Shown here: positions 26,791-39,265 of the stretch, piece by piece
How the letters are laid out: the number at the start of each line of letters is the position of its first letter
Position numbering within the stretch: position 1 is the first letter of the stretch
Assembly: GCF_001194135.2 (NCBI RefSeq)
Contig: NC_068983.1
Coordinates: 119,939,821-120,003,820 of the forward strand
Direction of reading: 5' to 3'
DNA from: Octopus bimaculoides
Lineage: Eukaryota
Length of the DNA: 64,000 nucleotides
The notes under the pieces: model-generated
Told to the model about the DNA's origin: nothing
What the model saw: the letters and a program-made list of their open reading frames with translations, nothing else
The model's database searches: none
Translations under genes and position numbers: made by a program

Positions 26791-29438
26791 GCTATACATG
26801 GACTCCTTTAAAAACAACTGGCTATACTATTATATTATTTGAACAGACTACAGATTGTAGGCTTGGCAATTTATATCTAGTTACTTCTGTTGTACTGTAT
26901 TGCTAACAAAACTATTTCTTTTTGGATAGTTTAAATGAGTAGGCACACTTTTCTTATACACAATAGAGGGGAAATGGATGTCAATGATAAAAGTAATGTA
27001 TGTAGAGCATTACTCTAATATGCATGAATTTTGTAGAGGGTCCACAACTGATCATGACTGAGGTAGTTTCTGGCTCTATGTAATGTATAGTTTTTGGGAT
27101 GCAATATTACCAATGGTATAATGTGAGGTCACCATGAGAGATTGTGAAACCTAGCTTTTGTAGTAATCAACCACTGAAAGGCTGAAGTGCAAAAGTATTT
27201 CCTTGATATATATATATATGTTCTGTTCTACTGAAAAAAGACTATGTTGTTATGTTACCATTTGATGAAGCATACGAGCTGTTAATTAATACAAAAATGA
27301 AACTTCAACAATTCCAAGTTAATGGTACAATTAAACAAGATTCCTTTTAGAAGTACATCTCTAAATTTATAACTTTGAAATAAATATAAAAAAATGATAG
27401 TTTTCACTAATAAGACAAATTGAGATCTAATCTAATCTGTCTTTTTGAGTATTTAGAACCTAAAGCGGTCATTCTCAGTCCATGGATCTAAACTGTAGAC
27501 AGCTTTAGAGTTACTGAGTATCTTATTTCGGAAATCACCTTGCCCCAAAATCTTTCTACTTATTCGAGTAATATGATGTTATAACTATTATTGAGTCGCT
27601 AAATATTATGAGTTGTATGAGAGGTTATTATTGTTAAGTTAATTTATATCTTTTTTTTTTTTTTAATTATTTATATTATGTACTTCTGTTAATAAAAAGA
27701 AATTTTGTTACTGTTGATTGATACCGCATTTAGAATAGTCTTCTATATCATGAATAACGTTCATTACTGTCATGTGGGTGTCACAATAACGTTTTTGAAA
27801 TTGAAATATTGGGTACAATAAAAATCAACAAAAGACAAAATCAGAAAAGCACAGCGGTGAAGAGAACGAAGCTGGTTGTCTCCAAGCTGCGGAGTTGCCA
27901 GTCAGTAGAAGATGTATGAAGGGAGACAATCATTAAAAAAAAAATTCCATTAATATCTCCAGGTGAATGGCGTGCCAAGAATTGTGAAAGAATTTCTAAA
28001 ATATCTCACCAAACCAGTTCGGAAAATAAAATGAAACACAAATCGATAGAGTAAATATTTTACCCTAACTGTATTAAATACAGTTTGATCGTTCAATAAC
28101 GTCTAGATTACTAGTGCAATATTTAAAAACAAATCATATAAAACCTATGAGAAAATTTCTGATAGAATAAGATTGTAGCTAACGATTAATCACTGCAAGC
28201 CTGCACGGTGTAGTTGGTGCGAGGCAGCAAATCAGAATGGTTGGCAAGGTGTAAAATATCATCACATAAAGACGCAATGCGTGTGTGTGCTGTATTTGTA
28301 GTTGTGTAAAGTATATGAACGTGTGTGTTGTTTACATACGTATAACGATGACCAATGTCATTAGACCAATAGAAGCAGAACGGTGGAGAAAAAAAAGGTG
28401 ATGTATCAAAGTAGTATGTGTGAGGGGGTATTCAGACGAATCTATATTGTTTTAACTAGAGAAACAACAAAAAAAAGGGGGTTTTGTTACAAATTTTGCT
28501 ATTATTTGTGTTGATTTAGTAAGGACTGAGTATGAAGTGGGCATGTTGCAAATCGATAATAATTCAGATAAATCATACCTTTAAATATTCGCTACTCCGT
28601 TTAACAATAAGTCAATGTCAAAGAGAAATTGTGATTGAGAGACATTCAGGCATTTCTCAAGAGCAATAAGAAGAGATTGTTAGTATCTCATACATTGCGA
28701 CCACAAAGCTACAGATTTGTGAAGGACTACATTTTATTGAATTGACTCCGATACATGTCTAGTATTAGGATTTACTGAGCCCGAGAAAATAAAAGCTTTT
28801 AGACAACATAACGAGATTTGAACTAACAATTTTTGTTATAAAAATCACAGAAATAGTTGTGTAATTCGATCTGACTAAATTACTAGTACTTGCTTTATCG
28901 ATCCCAGGTAGATGAATCCGAAAGCAAACACTTAACAAAATTTGAACGTTATTAATAGGAAGGCGAATGTATGTAGCGGTGGAGGCAAGAGATATATTAA
29001 AAGTCTGTGGCAATGGCAATAACTGCGTGATAAATATAAAAAGAGAAAAACTAACAGATTAAAATGAAAGAATGAAGTACATAGAAGTTCCTATGAAAGG
29101 TGGTTGGAAGAATGAACACTCATCTTGAATCGTTAACACAAAACATGTTTCTCTATCCAAACACATACGTATGAGTTATGTGTGTATACATGTATACACA
29201 CAAACATATAAATATACACATACCCACACATACAAATAGATATACACATATATACATACACGCAAAGAGAAGAGAGAGACTCACATATATGTAAAGATAC
29301 AACACACATACAGCAACAACCAGATTACTATTGGAATGTATTATTAAAACAGAGATGCATGTTGATCCATCAGAAGCTTTTCTCACTATCCTTCTTTTCT
29401 ACATGACCAGTATGGAAGTGAAAATAATTGAGACTTAC

Positions 29439-29566
29439 CTCCATCTCTACGGTAAATTACCAAATTGAAGTAGTATCAACGGACCAACATCAAGTACTTA
29501 TCACGTGGTATACCGCTTCCGTTTAACTAACAGTTAACTTCCGCTATATGAAAGTGACTCAAGAAG
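29439..29566 (-). other. Candidate 5' (first or UTR) exon of gene 1
   Basis: Strong donor GAG|gtaagt at 29439 in a CpG-retaining zone with promoter motifs. An acceptor-like cttttactgcag precedes 29566, so it could instead be an internal UTR exon. The link to gene 1 is inferred from strand only. Confidence 0.5.
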
Positions 29567-29610
29567 CTGCAGTAAAAGTGAGGCACTGCTAGCTGTGCAA
29601 TAGGGCGGGA
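29500..29610 (-). promoter_or_regulatory. Housekeeping-type promoter motif cluster
   Basis: E-box CACGTG at 29502-29507, ETS-like CGGAAGCGG at 29513-29521 and GCGGAAGT at 29537-29544 (minus strand), GC box GGGCGGG at 29603-29609, and locally high CpG. Confidence 0.55.
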
Positions 29611-30231
29611 CATGACCACAAAGTTTACTCTAGTATTGGTAAATCGAAATTGTCGGGATTTGAACCCAGAACATAAAAGAATAGAGGAGAATTATATCTG
29701 CCGCTCTCTCCTGAACCTGTCATTCACACTTATCTCAATCCTAATATTGTATTGACTTGGGAGTGGGTGGCTGGTTGACAATTCGTGTTATTATCGGTAA
29801 ACCTACACAAGTGTGCCCCCACTCGACTTAGTTTCCTCATAACTTCCAGAAAAATGGATATATTTTAATGAAATTTTCTACAAATACGCTTCAGATGATA
29901 TAAATTCCGATTACAATGGAATCTGTTATGAAAACTATTCCCAAGGGTGGGGAGAGGGGATTCATACGATTCGGCTTTCTTTCCTCATAACTTCCCGACA
30001 AATAAGTATTTTTTAATGAATTTTCTACAACTACTTTTCAGATTTGAATTTGATATGCAAAAAAAATGGTGGGCTCGTACACGACAATATCTATAAAATG
30101 AAACATGAAATATCGGAAAAAATTGTGATGTTTGTCAGTATATTTGTATGTGTGCCCAACAATTTTATTTTTCACATTAAATCCCAATATAATGGTAGTC
30201 TGCGCCAACTGAAAAGTATTTATCATTTATC

Positions 30232-30572
30232 TTCTACTAGTTTCAGTTATTAGACTGCGGCTATGCTGGGGCACAGGCTCGAAGAACTTTTAGTCGAATG
30301 AATCGATCCCAATACTATTTTTTTTTAAAGCCTGGTGTTTATTCTATCGGTCTCTTTGTCGAACCGCTAGATAACGAGGACGTAAACATACCAACACCGG
30401 CTGTCAAGCGATGGTATGGGAAAAAAAGACATATATGTTTCCGTCTACCAAATCCACTCACAAGACATTGGTTGGCCCAAGGCTATACTAAAAGACACCT
30501 GTCCAAGGTGCCACATAGTGGGATTGAACCTGGAAGCATGTAGTTGGGAAGCAAACTTCTTACCACACAGCC
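30232..30572 (-). mobile_element. CORE-type SINE next to the gene 1 promoter, CpG-retaining
   Basis: Same family as 5581-5962, but keeps gactgCG, gtCGaatgaatCG, tatCGg, gtCGaacCG, aaCGaggaCG and aagCG. Confidence 0.85.
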
Positions 30573-30794
30573 ATTTTGCTTTTTTGGGGGAAGTTATGAG
30601 GAAACAAAGTTGAGTAGGCATGCTGTTAACGTCCACTATTCCATGCATGCATGGATTGGGCAGAGTTTATTGAGAAAGACTTTCTATGGTCAGATGCCTT
30701 TCCTGTTGTCAACACTTACCCATTTCCAAGCAAGGTAATATTTCCCCATGTCCAGACATGTTCTTGCAGAACATTTGAATATATGCATCTCAGT

Positions 30795-31830
30795 CCAAGA
30801 GTAATGTCCACAGAGATTCCTAGTGTCTGGATAGCATTTCATCCCAGCAACTTCAGTTGAGGGATCTTGGTAACTATGTAAGGTATTGAGCTTTGTTTAC
30901 AAGTCATTGGATCCTTGGTTTGGCCCATAAAAGTTCCCAGCATGTGCAGGTTGTGCTTGCTGGGAGACTCATAGCGAAGTCTAACATCATCAAGCTTTGG
31001 TTTTCCTAGTTTCCAGACCAGCAAAGAAATGAAATTTCCCTCAGTTGCAGTGTCCAGTTCCATCGTGAACTGTCGGTCCTGGATTGTAATTAGCACAACT
31101 AACCTAGAAGTATCGTCGGGAACTTCACCGAGAATTATTTTGACAAGCTCTGCTTTCATGATTCTCTTCACAGACAGTTGGGAACAATGTTCTTGTTGCT
31201 GTTGTTACTTCTTCTTACAAACAGCTTCTAAATGTCTTTTCTTGTCACAAAAGTGGCATTTGATTACTTTGTAGGGGCAATGTGTCCATTTAAAGGCTGT
31301 TCCACATCTGTAACACTTCAACTCAGGGTCTATGGAATTAGAGTGCTGGTGGTTCTTTCATTGACCCTTGTTCTGTCTCTGCTTGACCTTGTTGAAAGGC
31401 CTGGTCTTGGAACTGTAAACAGTTTCCTTGGCAACCTTCGCCATGTCTTTGGTATCAATCGTGACTTGGACAGCACAGGCAAAGTCTACCTCTGTGTCCT
31501 TGATCTTTAAAAGAGCCTTCAAGACAGTTTCATTGTTGACAGAATATGAATCTCTGTCTAAGAGCTTCATCTTGAGGGTCTGTGATCTAAGGAAAGTCAC
31601 AGGTTGTAGTGTCTTGACATATACATGCTGCCCGCTCCTGACGAGTTTCGCCTGGCTTCCATTGCATGTCACTCCAGAGCTTGGAACATCACACAATGGA
31701 ACATTTTGGGTCAAATTGTTTTCAGAAAGTTGACAATTTCCTCCATCATCAACTTGTTAATATCCTTGGGTGGGCTCTGTTGAGTAGCCAGATTTTCCAG
31801 TTGCTTATAGGGCCAGCCTTGATTCATTCT
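30795..31830 (-). mobile_element. Gypsy/Ty3 LTR-retrotransposon gag-protease remnant
   Basis: gag-like SVNNETVLKALLKIKDTE...KVAKETVY, zinc knuckle CHFCDKKRHLEAVC (31217-31258), and decayed aspartic protease MELDTATEGNFIS...LKLLG. No LTRs seen. Confidence 0.8.
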
Positions 31831-33180
31831 ATGTCACTCTGAATCTCCCTGAGAACTACGTTAAGGGTGCATGTGTCTCTGGAGTACAAAGCCTTGTGAG
31901 TGGATTTGGTAGATGGAAACAGAAAGAATCTTGTATGAGTGTGTGTGTCTGTGTTTTTCCCCACCTGACAACCAGTGTTGGTGTGTGTATATCCCTGTAA
32001 CTTAGCAGTACATCAAAAGAGACCGATAGAATAATTACCTGGCTTTAAAAAAAAAAAAAAACGATAAGTAATGAGATTGATTTATTTGGCTAAAAAAATT
32101 CTTCAAAGCAGTGCCACAGCATGGTTGAAGTCTAATGACTGAAACAAGTAAAGGAAAAATGTTGAACAAATATTTTTACCAGCAGCGTAACAACAGGTGT
32201 CAACCTAGTATTTTCTTATACTATCTCATCCAGCAAATAATTCTTTTTAGATATTTCTGAAGATTAGTGCTCCCTGTGTTATAATCCACATATACACTTA
32301 CGCAATAGCAATTTACTTTAACACTTTCTAAAAATGGTCACCTGCATGACAAAAAGCCCAGTTAAACATTTTTAGCCATTATTAAAGGAATATATTACAT
32401 CTTTTACTTTTATAAATATAACAGATTATTACAACTTACTCAACACTAAATTAGTTGATTTTACTGTCATTTATCTTACCAAGCAAGAACAGACAGAAGG
32501 CTATATCCTAATTACTCATATACTCACACAAGCATAACATAGATAATCATTTTATTTTCAAGATGGCTTTCTAGTTTATTGAAGTACCTCAGATTTTGTT
32601 AAAATATTTACTTTAAATTTTGATAAAATCCACTCATCTCACTGTTTTATCTCTTTGTTTATTTCTCTGAAGCTTTCCTTAGAAGTTTTTCTTTAATTGT
32701 AAATACACCCAACATTTTGTATAGCTGACATGCAATACTTGAAACAAATTTTTTCTCTAATTCAATTTATCTATGTGTATCTTCATACATGCATAATTAC
32801 ACACACACACACTAGCATGTATTGGTATGTATACAAAATGAGAACATTTCAGATATTGTTTAGGAGGACCTAAAGCACAGCTTTAAATCTTTTGATCAAT
32901 AGCACATCAACAGAATCTTTCGGCTCCTTTGTAATACAAGAAATTTCTGCAAATTGCAAAAATTACACTAGTTGTTATCTTGGGTAAGTATCTTTTACTA
33001 CAGTCTCAGCTTCATCAATGCTTTGTGAAGGGAATGTAGTAGACTTTACAGAAGCATGATGATGATGATGATGATATATATATATATATATATACAACTA
33101 TATATATACACACACATATATACCACATGGGAATGTTGGTACTCATCTCCATACACATATATATATATATATATGTATAT

Positions 33181-33650
33181 ACAAGATGCATAAAGTATTT
33201 TGAGGACATACCTTTTTTTGGTCATTGCTGCAGTTTTTGCTAACTCTATATAATCTTTGTTTCAGAAAATAATAACGGCAGACCCTCATCTTACTCCAGA
33301 AATAAAGAGGGGTGCTGTTCTCATGGCTATAAATGCTAAGCAGAGCAATTTAGAAACATCTCAATTTTTGAAAGTCGATACATCTTTCATCTCCAAAGTT
33401 TGTAAGGAGCTAGAGACCAAAGATGGAAAAGTATCAAAGTGTAAAAAGCATTCTAAATGCTCTAAAATCATCAGAACACCTGAATTTATCCAGCAAGTTC
33501 AACAGACCATTGATTACAATCTCAGAAAATCCATGAGGTCAATTGCAAAAGATCTCTATGTGTCAGAAGGAACAATCAGATATGTCTTATGTGATGAGGA
33601 AAGGTCAATTTATGTCAGAAAAGACAAAAGAATATTGCTACATCAGATGG
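33181..33650 (+). mobile_element. Tc1/mariner-superfamily fragment (N-terminal DNA-binding region)
   Basis: ...IRTPEFIQQVQQTIDYNLRKSMRSIAKDLYVSEGTIRYV; the catalytic domain is absent. Confidence 0.7.
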
Positions 33651-33906
33651 GAGGTAATTTTAAAACAAGATTTATCATAGCACAATGGGAGGTCTCAGAC
33701 GAGTTGGTAACAAAAAGGTTAAAAAGGTTATAAACAAGCCTTCCTCAGTAACAAGATTGGATTGTGGTTGGTTCATCTCTTATCTAGGACTTAATATGTT
33801 TCTGTACTAGGTAATAATTCAACTACACAAACATATGAAGTTGTTTCTGAAAGATATATCCAGGGTTCTCTATTCTGCTTATATATCTATGTATATATAA
33901 ATACGT

Positions 33907-34283
33907 GAAGGCGCAATGGCCCGGTGGTTAGGGAAGCAGACTCGCAGTCATAGGATCGTAGTTTTGATTCCCAGACCAGGCGCTGTGAGTGTTTATTGAG
34001 CGAAGACACCTAAAGCTCCATGAGGCTCCGGCAGGGGATGGTGGCGAACCATGCTGTACTCTTTCACCACAACTTTCTCTCACTCTTACTTCTTGTTTCT
34101 GTTGTGCCTGTAATTCAAAGGGTCGGCCTCGTCACATTGTGTCACGCTGAATATCCCCGAGAACTACATTAAGGGTACACGTGTCTGTGGAGTGCTCAGC
34201 CACTTGCACATTAATTTCACGAGCAGGTTGTTCCATTGATCGGATCAACTGGAACCCTCGACGTCGTAAGCGACGGAGTGCCA
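33907..34283 (+). mobile_element. tRNA-derived SINE of a third family, running into an N gap
   Basis: A-box-like tggcccggtgg and B-box-like gttttgattcc. A body fragment recurs at about 31830-31885. Confidence 0.75.
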
Positions 34284-34462
34284 NNNNNNNNNNNNNNNNN
34301 NNNNNNNNNNNNNNNNNNNNNNNNNNNNNNNNNNNNNNNNNNNNNNNNNNNNNNNNNNNNNNNNNNNNNNNNNNNNNNNNNNNNNNNNNNNNNACCAGTT
34401 GAGCACTGGTGTTGGACGAAGGCAATTTAATCAAAATTGCTGGCCTTGTGCCAAAATTTGAA

Positions 34463-34536
<74 letters not shown>

Positions 34537-34584
34537 ATGTATATGTATATATATGTGTGTAAGTGTGTCTGTGGGGGTGTACCT

Positions 34585-35320
34585 ATCTATCTGATACTAA
34601 AACTCAAAGTTTGTCTGTTTTCCTGCCCTTTGATTAAGATAATAAAGATTACACATAAAATGGTCATTTACCCCTTAAAGAAAAAAAATCAAATTGAAAA
34701 TGTCAATTTGCAGTGGCGACACTTCAAAGAGTTGCTGCAGCTACTGCCATCCGCTCCTTTTTCTTACTTTTTTCTTCCCTTAATCTTTTATACAACTTCC
34801 AGAGTGCCTAGAAATTCTCCTTATATTTTCATGAGATATTTTTTTTTATAAGAATTCATAAGAATATTTTTCCCTGATGGCACGACATTGATGAGCAGTG
34901 ACATATTGTTGCTGAAAGAACACTACTGCTTAATGTAGAGCAACAGGTCAGTTGTAATCATGTTGGACATTTGAACATGAATTCCTCATCATTCATTTTC
35001 ATTGAGGCACCAGGAGGAACAGAAAAAACTTTCCTCACAAATACCTAGTTAGCTTATGTCAGAGGTAATGGTCAAATAACTCTTGCTGTTCTTTCATCAG
35101 GAATTGCAGCTATGTTTGATACTGGGCAGATGGACAGACAACTCATTCCAAATTCAAGATACCAATCTCAATTCAAGAAAAATCAGTCTGTGACATTGAT
35201 AAGAGATACAACTTAGCATATGACACCAGAGAATCAAAATTTATCGTTTGGTATGAAATATCAATGATAAGAAGAGAATGCTTTGACAATGTTGACTGAA
35301 CACTAAGGGAGACAAAATCT
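34585..35320 (+). mobile_element. Helitron remnant with a PIF1 helicase pseudogene
   Basis: FIEAPGGTEKTF (Walker A decayed), LAVLSSGIAA, RTTHSKFKIPI, IVWYEISMI..ECFDNVD. A tctatctgatactaaa...gtttgtctgt leader precedes it. Confidence 0.8.
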
Positions 35321-35464
35321 GATCAAAAAGTATCCGGACTGCTGCTATTGTAATGAAGCTAAAGCACACAGAGTGAAGCCACTTGACACAAATTGGTCTT
35401 AAACTCTGCTGTGTATGTGCACTAAGTTCCTCTGTTTACAGCAGTGCTTGGAAGGAAGGTGTAT

Positions 35465-35620
35465 AATGTGTGATAATCACATTGATCATGACAGAGAAAG
35501 CTGTCATGGTGATACCTGCTCAGAAGCCTACACAAAATTGCAGGAAGTGTCTGGAGAGGAGTGTAGGAATCGCACACAAGAGTATGAGTAGTTCAGATGT
35601 TTCCAAGATGACTAAAAAAT
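35465..35620 (+). mobile_element. Mariner N-terminal fragment
   Basis: SEAYTKLQEVSGEECRNRTQEYE*FRCFQD, a decayed Mos1-type HTH. Confidence 0.6.
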
Positions 35621-35760
35621 TGTCGTACCTTTTTTTCTTTATGTATGAATGAGCTACTCTGCGTTGGACACCGGAGTGATATTTCATCATTTTATAGAGT
35701 ACTTGAGTGTCGGTTTGGTGTCTAGAATGGGATAGCTTACCACATGGGCAGGTAGAATAT

Positions 35761-36622
35761 TAACTCCACTACACTTGCCTCTTATATACATAGTTTAAAG
35801 AGGAATAAAAAAAAGTTATTTTCTTGAATGGTCTGTTATATCACGGGGCCCCTTATTTCAGAGCTAATATTAGCAAAAGTAAGTTGTGTGTAAGGGAATC
35901 TCTTGCCATCCTTAAATCCTAAAACATTAAATAAATTTACAGAGGTGATCCCTTTTTGCAACCTTGGTTGGTAATCTACCTAGAAGAAGGAAGTCTCCAA
36001 ATTTGGCCTCCATTATTGCATCTATTAATAGAAGCAAATTAAATGGGCAACTGCAGTGAAAGTATTCCTCTGTTTGAAATCCTGGCATTGGGCAGGTAAG
36101 CTCTAATAAGCCTAAGGTTAATGCTACTAACCATTTGCTCCCACCAGTCTTATCGACCCCTTGTAATGAGATATGTGAAGGAAAGTATGCGGGAAGCCAG
36201 ATAAGCAATGTTAGTATTAGTAATAGGGATAGGGGAGGTTCAGGTAAATCCTGTAACTGAGTCCCCTTGAAGGATTCTGTCTGATTACTAATGCTATATT
36301 TAAATGTGTTGTTAAAGAGGAGGGTAATTTGGATAGGTTTTATATAGGCAGTACTGTCAATTTTGAGGCTAGGTATAGGGCCCACATGAATTTTGTTTTT
36401 GAACGAAAAGAATTGTAACTCCACTACACTTGCCTCTTATATACATAGTTTAAAGAGGAATAAAAAAAAGTTATTCCCTTGAATGGTCTGTTATATCATG
36501 GGCCCCTTATTTCAGAGCTAATATTAACAAATGTAAGTTGTGTGTAAGGGAATCTCTTGCCATCCTTAAATCCTCTGGGCCTAAAACATTAAATGAATTT
36601 AAAGAGGTGATCCCTTTTTGTA
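35761..36622 (+). mobile_element. Penelope-like element 3' end in partial tandem (pseudo-LTR) arrangement
   Basis: About 200-bp direct repeat at 35761-35962 and 36417-36622. Translation gives SPNLASIIASIN, EGFCLITNAIFKC...FYIGSTVNFEARYRAH, STTLASYIHSLK and EWSVISWAPY...CKLCVRESLAIL. Confidence 0.85.
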
Positions 36623-38311
36623 ATCATAATAAATAGAATTTATAGAATGCACAAATAAATAGAATTTTAATCAGTTGGATACATTAATATAATTTTTCTC
36701 AAATATTTTAACAGAGCAAGAAGATGGAAGAAATCCATGTTGTCACTATTGTAGCTAAGTATAGACTACACTTCTAAGAAAGGCATGAAGTTATAGCTTG
36801 TAAAGGATTGTGATTCATTTCTAATTTTTTTGTCTTTTTATCAGCTACTAAATCTAAGACTAGAGGACTGTGTCTGTTTGGAATGAAGGACAAGTGTGAG
36901 TTGACAGCTCATGGCCAGGTAAGGTCATAAATATTGTCAAAACATTAGGAGTAAATTGCGTATTGAGTAACTGTCTATAAAAAGAGGCTGGGTAAGAGAA
37001 GACTCTAAAGCATGACAATAATTACCAGTTAAAGGGGCAAGACACTAACAAAATCTATGATATTAATACAGAGGAAATTTATCATGGGCTACTATGGTTG
37101 ATTGTTTATAAACAATATTGTTATGTTGTATAAAAATAAAATTTAAGAATTTCAAAAATGATATCATAACCAAAATAGGTAAAATGTGTGTGCATATCAA
37201 TTATAAGCATTAAAAAGGAAAGATTACATAGAATTAGTTTAATATTCCTTCATGTACTTAATTACTTATAAGGTGGTTTCTATAAAGATTGCTCAGGGCA
37301 TTTACTTGTGGAATGCTGGAAAGATAAACATGCTATCTATATATTAATTATAAGCCAAGAATCAGAAAAATAAAGATGTGTACAGATACACACACATCTT
37401 TATTTATGTGCACACATGCACAAATATTTATACGTTTATATGGATATAGTATAACCATCTCGCATAGACTTATGTAATTAAAAACTATCTATTTAAGAAC
37501 AAGAAAGATAACAATTTATAAGGGACAAGAGGTTACTAGGTTATGCACATATATGCATATATACAGATATACAAATACTTATACATTTATATGGATATAG
37601 TATAACCATCTCACATAGACCTAAGTAGCTAAGTTCTCTATTTAAGAACAGTAACAACTTATAAAAGGATAAGAGGTTAACAGGTAAGGATATCAAAGTA
37701 AGAAAACAAAATGATAAGAATTTATAGAAAATAAGACTTATCTATAACCTACGTTTAAAGAGACAGGGCATTAAAATTTGAGGTAGGGAAGAGATAAAGG
37801 TAACCTGAAAAGAAGAGGTAGTAGATATGGGTGTAGTGAGGGCAGTTAGAGGTATTCAGACCAAAGAGATTTTATAAGTTGCAATGTTACAGGTGTTATN
37901 NNNNNNNNNCGTTTAAAGAGACAGGGCATTAAAATTTGAGGTAGGGAAGAGATAAAGGTAACCTGAAAAGAAGAGGTAGTAGATATGGGTGTAGTGAGGG
38001 CAGTTAGAGGTATTCAGACCAAAGAGATTTTATAAGTTGCAATGTTACAGGTGTTATTACATATATGGTTTTATAGTTTCTAGTGGGTATATAATTAGGA
38101 GACTTACTTACATAAAAGCGATTACAAATATATATATAATATGATCAGTAGGGTAGAACATCAAAGAAAGGAAAAAAATAGTTTAATCACCAAAATTATG
38201 ATGAAGTCAAACTAACTAGGCAGGAGTTTTCATGGGATAGTAATTACATATAGCACACCACATACCATAACATATAGCTTATAGCATATTCAATGCAATT
38301 TAATTCACCAT

Positions 38312-39265
38312 ACAGTTGGGGCTGGTTCAATAATTTTTAAAAGATGATCGGTATTCCCCCACTTGTCAGCCATGGTGAGGCAGCGAGAGCAGACATGAAG
38401 GCTGCTGAGGATTACCTCAAAACTTTTGCCGGAATTATAGCAGCCAAAGGATACATCCACCAGCAAGTCTTCAACTGTTAAGAGACAGAACTTTAGTGGA
38501 AGAAGATGCCAAAGTGGACTTATATAACGGTAGAGGAGAAGAGGATGCCAATCCACAAATCCATGAAGGAGAGGTTAACCCTTGAACTGTGTACTAATGT
38601 GAGCGAGCAGCAACTGCAAGTCTAAACCATTGCTCATTATCATTCGGAAAACCTCAGAGCCTTTAAGTCACATAAGATTTTGAAAGAAAAACTGCAGGTT
38701 ATGTGAAGGGCAAATCCAAGGGCATAGGTTGCCAGGCAGTTCTTTGTGGGTGAATTTGGTCTTTGGTCCTGATGTTAAGAAATATTTCCTGGAAAATAAC
38801 CTGCCCCTGCAAGCCCTTCTCATCCTGGAAAATGCACCTGCTCACCCACCTAACCTCAAAGATGACATCCTCGAAGAGTTCAAGTTTATAAAGGTTCTCT
38901 ACCTTCCACCTAACACCACCCTTGTCTTGCATCCCATGGACTAGCAGGAGGTTTCTAATTTCAAGAAGCTCTTCACCAAGCACCTGTTCTTCCACTGCTT
39001 TGAGGTGATGGAGAGCACAAACCTCACTTTTCAAGAGTTCTAGAAGGACCACTATAACATCATGATATGCCTCAGAATTATCAATGTGGCCTGGCAGGGT
39101 GTTACAAAGAAGACCTTGACCTCTACATGGATGAAGTTGTGTCTGAAATGGACTTTGAAAGACTCGAACCTGAAGCAGCAGTACACGGAGATTTTGCAGG
39201 AAATAGGTGACAAGGGGGAGATGGAGGAGGTTATCTCTACCAGCGCAATAAAGGAAATGTTGGGA
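38312..39265 (+). mobile_element. Tigger/pogo DDE_1 transposase pseudogene
   Basis: GWFNNF...HGEAA...QQVFNC, KPLL..HSENLRAFK, ALLILENAPAHPP, YLPPNTTLVLHPMD, with many frameshifts. Confidence 0.9.

Noticed and set aside
33907-33990. tRNA genes at SINE heads (also 2540-2610 and 18920-18990)
   Set aside because: A/B-box-like motifs continue into SINE bodies, and I could not fold a cloverleaf.
35927-36424. 165-aa minus-strand ORF, or a TRIM/LTR element between 200-bp direct repeats
   Set aside because: The plus strand encodes a Penelope GIY-YIG domain, the repeat is itself coding sequence, and there are no TG..CA ends, PBS or PPT.
37752-38057. Exact 148-bp tandem duplication
   Set aside because: Identical copies directly flank a 10-N gap, which is typical of an unmerged contig overlap.
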